Positions 27,489 through 40,565 of a stretch of 64,000 nt of DNA are shown one piece after another. The DNA is from Lineus longissimus (lineage: Eukaryota). Position 1 is the first letter of the stretch. Every line of letters starts with the position of its first letter. The stretch spans positions 17,638,500 through 17,702,499 of the forward strand of contig NC_088313.1 of assembly GCF_910592395.1 (NCBI RefSeq), written 5' to 3'. The notes beneath the pieces are model-generated. The model made no database searches and was not told the origin of the DNA. It worked only from the letters and a program-made list of their open reading frames with translations. The position numbers were made by a program, and so were the translations under genes.

Positions 27489-30400
27489 ATGATGACAAGT
27501 CCATATCCAACAGTCAACCAGAAGTGTTAGCAACCTCATCAGTTCATGGCCACGAGGCTGTGATTTCGAGAACAAACTAAGAAGAATGAATGAACCCGAG
27601 GACGGCAATAAGGTGGCGTATGCTCTCCGGTCGAAGACAAGAAAATGTCCATGCGCAGCCTACCAAAAGTGACCAAACAAGATATCTATGATGCATGCTT
27701 TATGGCGCTGAAAGCGTCGCCATGATTGGATAGAGGGTGTCTGATTGGCCGGAAGTGAGCAACGGTGCTGTCGGAAATTGGCGAATGATGTTCACTTAGC
27801 TCCTCTCTGTAACAATTTCTTTCTTCTTCAAGGGAGCACGACAATGCACGCAAAAGAAAAGTCAAAAAATTGTCAGATGAGTCATAACATTTTGTTCAAC
27901 TGCAGCTGTATTTTCAGTGTAGAATTACCAAAAATCAAAAAAAAATCGTGAAGTAGACTTTAATCTCGTCAGGTCCATAATAGACCCAAGAAGAACTACT
28001 AGACCCCAAGCTTCGGCTGTCGATGGCAGATGCATATGAAAGCCATCCTTCCTGCGTTCTTCTGAGGAATAACCGGACTAATGACTTACAGTATGAGCTG
28101 GCGCCAGCCGGAATTTCCCTAATGATTCCCTTTGCTTTAGTTCCTCTGCTCTGAAAGCATTTAGCCGAGATATTTAGATAATTACTGGTTACATATATCT
28201 TCACGTTTGAATGAGGTTGGACTCTACAGTTTTATTTATATCGGTTGTCCTTCACTGCTTCCGGTAATGCCATAGCTCTCAACAATCTCGTTTAGACATG
28301 TCTTGATGCTATTGAAGTCATATCACCTTTATTGTGATACTGGATATAGAAGATGAAGATTGTACGCAAACCTAGTTCCGTATAGCATTTCTCTAAAATA
28401 CATGTTCGTCACATTACAAATTCTGGACATGCATGTCACCTGAAACCAAAGGGTACATCAATATGCACTTTTCTGATTACCCAGACTGATACAGAGCAAA
28501 CACGTGTTCCTGCATGGGATATGTCTCAATGTGGCAACTTGTCCTAACACCTGTCCCTGATTGTATTTACTGAGAGATTCGATTTGTTCGAAGGTAATTT
28601 CCTATGGGTGGGAAAGCCGCAGAAAGTAAGATGTTTTGTAAGTCTTCGGGATGCAGCTGTGAACTTTCTCGTTCCGAGTAGGAAGTGTACTAGTATTTGT
28701 CTGTTTGGCAAGTCGTCGCCGGTTCGAGCTGTCCTCTTGCTGTCACGCCGTGAGGCCACTCAATCCTACTTAGCTTTTTTCGTCAGAAGCTTTGGTCTCA
28801 ATAACATAGGGACATTCGCCTCCGAAGGAGAATGTGATTCACCATGAGGTGTAAAGGGAATCTGTTCCATGCAGGTGGAGGCCTTATATCAAGCTTGTAG
28901 CTAATCGTTGTCATATCATCCTCTAGATCTAATTTATTTGTGTTACAGCGGGGTATTTCGCCAATAGATATACTATTTTTACTTCCAGAACGTTAATTAA
29001 CAAGATTTAAACTAGATTTGTTTGCGATTGAAATTAATCTGGATTCAATGCGTTAATTTTTATCTGATCCCGTGAATTTCAAATCATCAGTAGATTGAAT
29101 AGAAACTTCAAACCTCGACACCAATGAGCAACGATCGCATGCAATGCTGCACCGTCTACATTTTTATGACTTCCGGTTGTATGTCTATTAACCAATCAAA
29201 CGCCCTTAATTCCGGGGAAGTAACTCGAGCCGGAGTTTCCGTTAGTTTTGGAAAGAGGAAATGGGTCAATAAATAATTCATATACAGACACTGGCGTATG
29301 CCATAGCTTTCTTATCTAATACTTCTTAAATCTCATAATGTGCGACCCAATGACCATGAATAACGCAGCGGATGACGAATTAACGTTAAGTACGTATTTT
29401 ATGTCTATGATAAGAATTTTAATGATTTTATGTTTGCCGCTACAGCTTAAGTGGGTATTACCTTGCGACTTGTACTTTTAAGAAGAAATTACTTTGCTAG
29501 AGTGCATTACATCACGATGTCTATAAAAAAACAGATTACGATCAAACACGATTATTGTTTGCTTCGTGATATCACATTGGTTCTGTTCATGGCATATGTA
29601 AATTGTAAATGAACAGGAGAAATGAATCTATTGCATTCATTTGAAATCGGTCAAAAAGAAGAAAAGAAACCATCAGATGAAAGTTCGGTCTTTCTGCTTT
29701 AATATTCCTTAACATCATTCTAACTTCTTTTTCAAATGCCTGGAATCCAAGGACTGTATTATTGGTTTTGAAATCAAACTTCTGAAATAAAGTCCTATAT
29801 CACTTAATAATAGCTACAATGGCATTGTAAAGATGTATCCGTCAAAACAAGCTGTGGTACATGTACTTAGGTTTATTGCCGATATGCTGTATAATTGATG
29901 TAGGCTTTGATATGTGGCACGAAAATATATGAGCCGAAACTGTAAGGTCCTTCTTTCAGAAAATGTTCCTCGCTACGACAGTTGCCCCTAGAAATTTGCA
30001 AGATATGCCTAAAATACAGTGTTGAATAGGCCGAGCCCTATTTATTAAAAATGTTGTCTTGGCATGCACCACTTTAGGCATATCCATTTGCAAATATCTG
30101 TTAACCCGCAGCAGTTTTATTGACAATTTTTTCCGGATACCAACAATATGTTCTGTGAGGCTTGTTAACTGACAAGACTCTTACCATTACAAGGTAACAT
30201 TTCGGTTCAACTTTCTTTATATCCCGTTGGGTTTTGTCACACGCAATTTTCTAAAATCCCTTTGGCAAATTAAACACTGTCAACGCTAAATTTGCTAACT
30301 TCTATAGACCAAAACATGAGCAACAACAATTAAGATGTGGCCGATACGCCCAGGCCCAACCGGCTTTGCCTGATGAACAGCGTCATGTCGTCTGAACGTC

Positions 30401-33400
30401 AGAGTTGACAAGACAATATGGACTACAGGAATTCTTCAAGGGAAATATATCTTTACGCTAGAATCGGCAGCGGTATCCCTTTGTCATATCGAAAACTATT
30501 TTACCATTCTGTTCTATTGTAATAATTAATAATGCCGACGACTTCATTAGGCTCTAAACAGCCACGATCGTAACATCTGCCTACTCCACGCAATCGTACG
30601 GACTCAGAAACGTGAAAATCAGCGCCTCCTATTGGGATGCCGATTCCCTTAGGACACTATGCACTCCTCCTGAATAATAGCGGCTTCGATGGGAATCATG
30701 TGAAAAAATATCAATAAGTGGTAACCATGACGACGGCTAACCACACCATGATTTATTGGAGGAGAAAATCTTGGTAATTTCCTTGAGTTGTAATTCTGGT
30801 GTATATATAGCAGTTATAAGTCAGTTCTTTAATTTGCAAATGTGACACGAATAAGTTGGCAATACAAAATGAAAACACATTTTACCAAAAAAAAAAACCA
30901 AATGTCTAACGGTCTCCCCTTGAGCCCAAGTAGGAGTGAATGAATTTAGCTTGTCTAGCCTTTCAGTTTGAACCTTCTTTGAAATGTGTTAAGGGTATGT
31001 CATGGTTTAACAGTGTCCGACTTAAGAAAGATTGGAAAAAAGTAAAACTAATCAAATGCTTGTCATGCTATGAGCGTAACACTCAATCTTCATATTGAGT
31101 AGAGTCATTATATATAAATCATTTTGCACTTTGTTGGAAACAGTGGATAAGACCGTCTACTTGTTTAAAAGTTTTGAAGTTTCTCGTTTGCTCTTCGCAC
31201 TATCTGTGTTATCAGAATTGCTCTTGTCAAAAAGGTTACATTTCCTTGTTGCCCTAATGGCCGGATATCTTAAGTGCGTTGAAACGTGACGCACTAACAT
31301 ATTTCAACTTAAGAATGAATATCGTCTACTCTCCGCCGTGGCCACCTCTCCTACGAAGCCATCAGTAACAAATGGGTCTGAAATGGATCTAGCGTTACAC
31401 GATAATTGTGCCTCACATCCTCCTTTGTCATTTTTCCAGACAGCGCTGCATTCTAAAATTTTATGATTTCGTGTAACTTCTTTTCGGCAGAACGCCTAAG
31501 TGTTATTAGAAAATTAACGTGGCTGATCTTCTTTCTTCCTGGCTATCATGACTATTGTATTAAGCTTGTCCATTATAATTGGAAGCGTCAATTCAATGAC
31601 TCTCAGACAAGCAAAAAGGCAAACAAGTGGAGCGAGTTTGTCTGCGCAACTAGATATTTCTGATATAGGTAGTTAGACTCGTGTGTCCGACTTTGCACTC
31701 TGGGCGGCGTAAAATATGTTTTATGAGTTTAACAGTATGCATTACTGACCTCCATGCCCACGATGCTGGTAGTTAGCTGTGCCCGGACATATCAATTGGC
31801 CGTATTTGTGTTGGTAGAGCAGAAATATATGATCCTCGTGGGCCTGATGAAGTCGGAGGAAGGCGTACACCCACATGCATCACTCTATGCAATATGTAAG
31901 ACCATCATCATGTCTATGTTTAGCGCTCCACTGAGAAATGATGTTGTATGTGCCTTACATTACTAACGCTAGCCTTCTGAAAATGTACCTCTCGATTCAT
32001 GACACAACTGGTAACATAACAATAACCAACCGGCCTTTTTCTGTGTTTTTCTGTCTTACACCACGGTCTTTTGTGTTTTCGTTATATTTCCAGACGATGT
32101 AGTAAGCTTATCATGTAGGATTCCGATGCTTTACAGAATACGATAGAAATACGAGAAAATTCCGAGATCTGGTGTACACAGTCTAAGTCACCAACTGGTG
32201 ATTTTTGGCTCTCTGTCGAGTTCAATATTCTTCATAATAGATCTCGCCCAAAGGTGGGCAAAAAGGAGGAACAAATATACTTTTCCGACCATCATGCATA
32301 CCTTGACTATAGACAGGGTAAGATGCTTCTCGTTGAACTGTCATTCTAAGGTTTTAAGATGCTGCATGGGTGACAGAAGAGCCAATAATTCAAATTAGGT
32401 AATGTGATCTTAATCAGGCTGGCATCTGTAGGAAAAGGTATGTCGGAGAGATACCCTACTTGAAATCAGCGAAACACGACCGTAATAGCCATTACACGGC
32501 TTCCCAACAAGCAAACGTCCATTTGACCTTGATATGTTCAAGTTCCAAGTGAGAACAAGTAACGTGTTCAGTACTGAATAGGGTAGCACACTGCACCTTC
32601 CGGCAACCGGTGATGTTTCTCTTCGAGTAGCATTAATAAAGTTCCTTTACTGTAACCCCATTATTTATCTCTTCAAGTACTGGATCCTATAATGGTCCTC
32701 TTATGTCAAAGTGCTTACTGGTAATTATGAAATTGACACTCTGGAAATTGACATTCATTTCACGCCGACATGATAACAGGAGAATTAGTGCCTATTAAAC
32801 TTTTCATTAAAAATGGCTTCCAGGAAGACCTTGTCACTTCATTCGCAAAACGTCATCAGAACTGCAACCAGCTTCCATTAACCTCTATACACTGCTGTAT
32901 GTAGAACACTCACTCTGATAAATTCTGAGAGTGCTATTGCATATCAGGAGTGCATATCGTGTTGCTCTAACAATGCCTTTTGAACAAACAGCAAGGTGTG
33001 CACATTCCTTTTAATATTCATTGCAGGATATTATGAACCAACACACCCACAACAAAAACTGGTTTCCCACTTTCAGCTAAACTTCATTTAAGCATCAATG
33101 GCAATTGTATTTCGACTTAGGGAAAATGAATTGGTGAAACCCCATTGTACCATTCTACCAATCTAAACATATTAGTGTTGCAAGGCAAAACGTTTTGACG
33201 TTTTTTGTGCCCCAGGAAAAAAACCGCTTACTTCGAACATTGTTCAGCAGTGTACTGCTTAATCGAACTGGCCTAGAGTTTCAGATAATGCCATTCTTCG
33301 CATCCACATTGTCGACTGTTAACACAAGTCTAACAGAATGGTAAATATTCTGGAAGATGCGCGTAGGTGGAGCTCAGTAATACGGCACGCGATTTATCTG

Positions 33401-36400
33401 AAGGGCTTTAGGGATATTTCCGGTATATATGAATAGCTTTCTATTGGATATTGCTATTGTATGTTTCTCGATATTCGCTATGATTGCTCATACTGAGGAA
33501 TATGATTTTGCTTTTGTTTCGATCATATCCTCTGATTGGTAATCCGATGATTGTTTATCTAAATCCGCTAAAACCGTCTGTCAAGTTCTGAAGCTTTGAG
33601 GTTCGTATATCACCGACCCTGTGATAATACAAATGTACTGGGATTGGTCTCATTTTACCTATTACTAGTAATCATATTAAACCCCGGGCCCTTATGATTT
33701 CGATTTACAATAGTAATGTTGTTGATGCTTACAATGCAGAGTCAATCATGGCATCAAGTAACAGTATAGTCACTCTACCCCCACTGTCAATCAACTAACT
33801 GAAGTAGATGTCTATTTTCTTCTTTTTCAAATGACCTGCAGTGGTATGTTTTCTTGCATTACCTTGCTTTGATTCATCAACGGATTTTTTGACATGTTAC
33901 TTCTATTTTCTCACAATGTCAATTTATCATACAGCAAAGACGCTCTGCGCGAATATGATACTCATCATTTACACTTTTTTGTTGAACGGGTTTATATGCT
34001 GAATCATATGTACTTAAGGTTAAGTACATATTCGCCTCATATTCATCATAACTTTCCGTATATTGTTGCCTGATTAATGTTTCATGAATATGACAAGACT
34101 CAGATGCCTAAACAGAACAGTTATAAGTCCTTGCATCTTATACCTTGGCAGCTAAATGGACAGAGATATAGTCGGCATAAGTAAAGCGATAAAGGTAGAC
34201 GGCTTATTCACGAGAATAATACTGAAAGTGTTCGTTTGCCTTGCTCCCTGGATCCCAAATTTCACGATCTGTGCCTTAATATGAGGTGACTCGTTTTAAT
34301 CCTAGCCCTCATTTGGCCTGCCTACCAAATATTTCTGCCACCACCTCTTTTGGGGCGCATACCACAGAGATGCCCAAGCCTGGGGCGTCATTATGTTCCA
34401 ATGATCGACACGGCACAGAGTATTGTATCACAATCAATCATCTCAGTGACTTTGTCGGCATTTCTGTCCGAAAATTGCTGACAGGCTATTCAGCAAATCG
34501 ACACTTATCATTGCCTGTGACCACTTATTTCATGCTGGTCATCGGCAATGAATCGATATGAGCATTAATCATCGTTGTTCCAACTTCCATAGCTTAAAAT
34601 ACACCATCCGATGTCTCATCATTTCCGCAGTCTGTTGCATCCTTATACAATTTGAAAGTTAACACAGCGAACATGTTACCTTCTTTGGGTGAAGGGTAAT
34701 CAGCAAGAAACTTCACAGGTCATATTTCAGTAACTGTTTACAGAAGAGGGACTGCCTCTGAGCATGTATGAGATTTAACCCAAGTATTCAGCCATTAGTG
34801 CATGGGTTGGTGTTTTGCCCGGCCAATCTCCTGATTTTGTCATCGATATTTTGTCCCACATCATCCATTCCTCGTGCAGTTAAAAATCCAATCGGAAAGA
34901 CTAAGTAATCGCACGTTATCACATGTATTTCCAAGTGTATGAGGAAATACACCTAATTCATGAAGCTTACCGATGTTTTTTGGATGACCTTACCAGCGTA
35001 GCGTCACAAACGCCTTTCTTTATCAAGTTATCATTGGGATGAATTCGCACTAGAACGATGATATAAGATCGAACAATTTCACACTGTACTGAAAGGAAAA
35101 CGTCCGCTTGAGACTCCTGAAAACATGACCTTATAGGAACATATGTAGCACCACCAACGCCTTTCCCAGCGCCAGTTAATGCTTGACATCGCGTCTGATT
35201 GGCGCTGACACCACTGCTTCCCTCCGCCCATTTGGCGATAGCTGGATCTCCGCAATTGTGTATCTGAAGCCATTTTCGATGCACGACGAGGGAAACCACT
35301 CATCGCCATGTGCGCCTGAAGATCAATTGGAAACGTGCATGTATTGTGTCTGCCATTCTCTGTAGAGTGGAAGAGTGGAGCTGCTGTGCTGTTGAGATTC
35401 AATTTAAGTGCTGTGTTACGAATACAAATTTCAAGGGAATTAGAGTAGGAGCTTTGCTGCTGACTGTGCATACTGGCTTCTTCACCAGTGTCGGACCATA
35501 CTTGATCCATATCTTCTCTCTTGACTACTGTGAGTATTATGGTCAATCAGATCTTTTCCGCTGATCCTTTTACTATTAACCAGTCTGTGGTGACATATAA
35601 TAGTCTCTCAATTTAACGCAGTTTTGGACAATGGTCTCATGTTTCTGTAGGTTTCCGACTTGACCGCTGGAGAACTGGCCGTCGCTATCACATCCGTGAT
35701 AGCGACCGTACCACGTGGGCTATTGCCCAGCCGTCGTTTCACGGTTGGCTGAATTGATCTCAATATTTTAGAGGCAACTGTCCAATAGAGGAATTGAAGA
35801 ACCATTGGACAAATTAGAATGGCCATCGACTAGCATTAGAATATTTGAAGCAGGAACTCTCCGACATCATCCGAGTACCTTCCAGTAACACTTCGCTCAG
35901 TCCAATGCTGGTGTGTAACAGCAGGTCGTCGAGGACTGATTAGAAATATAAGGCCTTGCCATTCGCCTGCACTTGAATCTAATTGGTTTTTACAACGATT
36001 TTCGTTACAGGCTAAACGGTGAAGAGAAGTCAGGTAAGCAACATCTTTGTTATTAATTTCTTCCATTCGAAATCATTGCTGTCCGTAAACTTTTCTTTGA
36101 TTCAGAGAAATGCAGTATTTTTGACAGTTTTGGACAGGGTAAAGCAAAACTTCGTACCAAGACAAAAAGCAGAGTGCACTATGACAGTTTTGAGAAAATC
36201 GCTGTTCAATTGCAGCAGAGTTAATCCCCAGTCATGCTTGCATTTACTTTCACCCGCCCTTTTGATCAACAAAACGGAAGTTATCTTATTCCTGCTTACA
36301 TAGATATTTATTTTAATCGCAGACTTCAATAAAAGAGACTTCTTATTGATGTCGTTTATAACTACTCACATTTAAGGTATCATCAAAGCCAGTGAAAATC

Positions 36401-37554
36401 GGTTGTACAAGGTTATTAAAGATAAAAGTAGAGCATTCAAAAAGAGATAGATCATAAAATACAGCAGAAATAGAATGAAAATGGTCTTGTATCAATTTAA
36501 AGGAATTAAAAAATATAACGGAAACAAAATGAATAGCAACTGCGCTGTGAAATGTTTGACAGAATGGTTAGATCTTTATCTGGTGCAATTTCCCCGTAAA
36601 GCCAATCATATTGTTAGAGCAGCACAGTTTTTTTAACTCATCGTGGCAGACTCATCCCGTATAACAATTAGTGAGAGATAAAACGCGGAAATGGCTGCAA
36701 CGGAACTACGTTATTTGGAAACCTTTTCAAGAACCCGTAATTGAACAACATGTCGATTTAGCATTTTTGGTCCTTTTTTCCGACTCTTGAGAGGTGATTT
36801 CGATTATTAGAGAAAGAGACAGCCCAATTTTTAAGTCACAGTGTGTGGTTGTCTTATCGACGGTTACATTTTGTAATCATTGGTTTCTTGCATACCGTAA
36901 CTTCGAAGAGCTGGACTACCGGCACCTTTTTTTCAATTGCCGAAAGCTATAAATATCGACGTTTCCTGGTTGCTTTGTCTAGAAATGTCAAATCTCATTG
37001 AATTGTCAAAGACATAATTTCAAGTCGATGTTTTTTGGGTTGTTTGGACACTTTCCGACTTGTCTTAACACTTCCAGCTTGCGGATCGGAATACACAGCG
37101 CTCAAGTTAAATATTTTGAAACGCAAATCAGCTTTTCCATATTTTTGTGGGTATACAATTTCGTGCAGAGTTGGCAAAATAAGCGAACTGTCAATATGTT
37201 AACTAAGGCAATTTATCAGTCAATTATTTTTGGAAGCGTTGGTTTCGACGGCTAGCACCTGCATGGCAACCATCGTAAAATTAACTAATCTGGTCTTCGT
37301 CAGTCATTTCTCTTGGGACTTAAAAGCTTCACTACCCGCTAGATCATAGGAGAACCTCTCCGTGGCGTGCGAAGGCAAGCTTAAATTTGTTTGATGATTA
37401 CGAACTGGAAAATGCAGTGCTCAGTACATTCATGATGCACACACTATCTATTCAGGCAGGAACTGTCAAATGGACGCACAAAATCTGATATGTGTCTTAA
37501 AGACCAAATGAAACCAAATTCGATTCATCGTCTACTTTAGAAGTCAAAGCACCA

Positions 37555-37989
37555 ATAGTAGGAGGTTTTTCCGACTTCTTAATGGGCTCTCTAACCTTTT
37601 CCTGATTTATCCGACAATAGTCCGACATTTCCCTGAAAGGTCGGATTTCTAGAAAACCTTTGAAAATACTAGGGCTTCCCAAAATGGGGCATTAAAGATC
37701 AAAGGCCTTTGTTGAATGGGGTTAATGAGCTGACCTAATTGAGTGAGCTAATTAAAGTTCACACTTAGGGTCACTCTGAGTGTTTGGCTCACACATCATT
37801 AACCCCATTCCCCATAAGCCTTTGATCTTTATTGCTCAATTTTGGGAAGCCCAGATAATTTCACAGGTTTTTTTTGAATCCGACCTTTCAGCGAAAAGTC
37901 GGACGTTGTCGGACTTTTGTCGGATAAATCAGGAAAAATTTAGAGAAACTGTAAGAGAAACCGTTAAGAAGTCGGAAAAAACTCCTACT
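37555..37989. mobile_element. 435-bp foldback or MITE-like element: a near-perfect inverted repeat with ~160-180-bp arms and a palindromic centre
   Basis: The left arm tagtaggaggtttttccgacttcttaatgggctctctaaccttttcctgatttatccgacaatagtccgacatttccctgaaaggtcggatttctagaaaacctttgaaaatactagggcttcccaaaatggggcattaaagatcaaaggc matches the reverse complement of the right arm ...gcctttgatctttattgctcaattttgggaagcccagataatttcacagg...gtcggataaatcaggaaaaatttagagaaactgtaagagaaaccgttaagaagtcggaaaaaactcctacta. An inner inverted pair aatggggttaatga / tcattaaccccatt surrounds the centre near 37760. Both termini are flanked by TA (caaTA|gtaggagg ... cctcctac|TAgtg). A second, truncated copy of the right end lies at 45048-45104. 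There is no ORF. Confidence 0.6.
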
Positions 37990-38639
37990 AGTGCACGAAG
38001 ATGTGTAGTTTGAGATCTACAAATTGTGGTTTTGTATCTTTTACTTCAGTTACAATATAATGTAAAGAAGAAATCGCTTTGAGATGGTGTTACAAAAGCA
38101 GCCAAGATGAACCTTATTGCCCACGAAAAACTTGCGGGAAAATATTTGCAAATAAGCAATCGATGATCAAGGCACCTGTGTTTGTCAACAAATATAACTT
38201 ATTTACTTCAGCATATGAATTTTTTTTTCTACTAGCCAACGGTATAGATTACTAATTCATCATGACTTTGCCATGTCCAAACAGAACTAGTTTTACGTTG
38301 TCGAACCTGTTCTTTTTTTGTAAACAACCAAGTTCTGATATTTTGTGATTTGGAAATTTTTTGTTCTGAATAGTCAGTAAATGCGTAAACAGAGGCTCAA
38401 GTTGCGCTAGATTGAGATTGAGCTTGCGGATATTGGACCTACTAGTCTCACCACCTCATCGAGTCCTCAACAAGCATCCCGTTATGAGATTGGCCCAGTG
38501 TCAACACTCATGTACTCACAACAGTGTGCCAGGAAAAGAATGGTGTAATTTTAAGGAAATGAGCGTAGAACGGTTTCATAAATCTTGTCACCTGTCACTT
38601 ATACCTACTTGTGATCTTTGAGAATACGCAATTACTGTG

Positions 38640-39660
38640 ATAGATTATAAGTGTGCCTTTGTAGCCGGCCGCTGACGATGCTCTTACCATTGCCATTGTT
38701 TGCTCACTTTGAAGAAACAACACTGGTCATAGAAAATTTATGCCAATACCACGAGCCTGCCTTTGCAGAAAGCCGTTGATAACGTTGATACTAAAAACGT
38801 TACCATTGTTCGCCAACTCACAAAAAAATATATCTGCTGATCTGGGTTGGAAAATTGATTGGAGACATTGCAGTAAGCCGATGACAGTCATCCATTGCAG
38901 TGTTTGCTCACTTTGAAAAATATCACCATTGGTCACAGCAGTGATTACTAGTATGCAATTACTTGGCGCGAATTCTCCTATTCAGGACAACTCTCACTTT
39001 CAAATTAATTAGTGGCGAGTGGATAACATGTAAAATATAACCCAGTCATGCCGCTGCGTTTTTTCTTCTTCTTGTCGGAGCTAAATATCGGTTGATTTGG
39101 ATTAGGAAACTGATGTTAGTATGACTTTGCAGTAGCGAATGACGGTCATCTCCTCATGATTGGCCGTATTCGGTCAATTAAAGAATATATCTCTGGTCAC
39201 CACGGATGCAATTACTGAGTGCGTGTTCGTCTATCCGGACACGTCTGTCTTTAGATAAGTTAATCTCTCTTGACAACAAGTGCAGTACACTCAAACAATA
39301 TTCTAGCCAATTCGCGGCATTTTTTTTAAGTGAGCAGCCGGGCCGATTTGTTGATTTGCGTTAGACTTTTCAGTCGAAGACGGTCATCTCACCAATGGAG
39401 AGTAGGCAATTACTGAGTAAATATTGGTCTTCTGATCAAGTTATTCTCGCTTGACGACAAGTGCATTACATATAAACTAGAATTCAAACGTGTGTGAGTA
39501 TGACTGTGTTTTCATCGCTATTGCCGTTGTTAGCTTAAGTTAAAAAGGGTATTCGGTCACCCAGGAGGACAGGTCATTACCGAGCACGGACATGTCTTCA
39601 TATCAAATCAATCTCACTTGATGACAAGTGGATTACATCTATAAAACTAGTTATCCGCCA
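38640..39660. repeat. Degenerate tandem array, about 4-5 units of ~200-260 bp at roughly 65-75% identity. Each unit carries the conserved palindrome CTTGAYRACAAGTG
   Basis: Recurring blocks: ...tttgctcactttgaa(g/a)aa...(c/t)ggtca(t/c)ag...; ...gatttgg...gacggtcatctc...; caattactgag...; and ct(c/t)(t/a/g)cttga(c/t)(a/g)acaagtg(c/g)a(g/t)tac...aactag at 39270-39305, 39447-39480 and 39617-39650. A related copy lies at 38941-39042. Confidence 0.55.
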
Positions 39661-40238
39661 TAACTAGAGTCTTTACCAAAGGTTGATAGTGGACGCCCGG
39701 ATCTATGTCAAAGACACTCCTCCGAATATGTTTCGAAACCTGGTCGAACCAATGGGGGAAATAGGCAGAATAAACACACTCATGTCAGTAATCATTTTTG
39801 GCTAATGGGAAATATGTCATCGGTTCCTAAAAATATATCAAAATACTATTTTTTTTTTAGACACTCTACCATCATACATCTATGTATAAAAATCTCAAAA
39901 ACCTTTTAGATACCTAGTACGCTAATGGTGAAACCATATCCATTATCATCCGAAGTATAATGATGAGGTTTCTTTAAAAGTTTCTCCATCCTTTTTTCTG
40001 TCCTTTTTCTCCTTTGTTTCAGGCAGTGCCTTCGACCAAGAATAGATTAAATGCGGAATAGCAGACTGAATCTGTTGAACTGTTAAGCCATCAATATTTG
40101 AGGAGGGAAAATCGTTTGGCCTGTTTGTCTTTGAAACTTCTCAGACTAAATTTCCGTCCAAATTATCTTAGATATCATGCAAGCTCATACCGTAATTTGC
40201 ATAGCTAATTGAAACTTTGGACGTTTGGTAAAGTCTTT

Positions 40239-40479
40239 TTACGGTGGCTGGGAAAGGATATCACATGATTTTTTTTTCAACATGAACATTTTTTTTCAGG
40301 AAATATCTCGATTGATGGACTTATTATCTCGATCACTCGAGATAAATGACTCGATCAACCGAGATAATATCACGATCGCTCGGGATAATAAGTCCATCGA
40401 TCGAGAGTGGTATATTTCCTGAAAAAAAATACTTCATGTTGAAAAAATATCATCTGATGTCCTTTCCAAGCCACCGTAA
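40239..40479. mobile_element. ~240-bp foldback or MITE-like element with a hairpin down to its centre. The centre is made of three tandem ~22-bp palindromic subunits
   Basis: The arm ttacggtggctgggaaaggatatcacatgatttttttttcaacatgaacattttttttcaggaaatat (40239-40306) matches the reverse complement of ...atatttcctgaaaaaaaatacttcatgttgaaaaaatatcatctgatgtcctttccaagccaccgtaa (40410-40479). The core runs ggacttattatctcgatcactcgagataaatgactcgatcaaccgagataatatcacgatcgctcgggataataagtcc. The subunits follow tatcNcgatcNNtcgNgata. There is no ORF. Confidence 0.55.
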
Positions 40480-40530
40480 TTTAGAGAGTAAAGTTAAGCC
40501 GACTGGTTAGGGCGGCCAGCCCGTGCTTGA

Positions 40531-40565
40531 GGCAGGGGCAGGGGCAGATCCATAGGGGGGGGGGG
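40531..40565. other. G-rich tract ggcaggggcaggggcag...catag + G11, able to form a G-quadruplex
   Basis: G11 homopolymer at 40555-40565, preceded by two GGGG runs inside ggcaggggcaggggcag. Confidence 0.8.

Noticed and set aside
35079-35546. The longest ORF (155 aa, minus strand), and the other ORFs of 120 aa or more (26011-26451, 14225-14659, 58007-58435, 46452-46871, 12054-12428), as protein-coding genes
   Set aside because: No recognisable domain motifs. The composition is typical of translated non-coding DNA (rich in S, L, R and C). The lengths fall within what 64 kb of AT-rich sequence yields by chance, and several overlap antisense ORFs of similar size. I list none as CDS.
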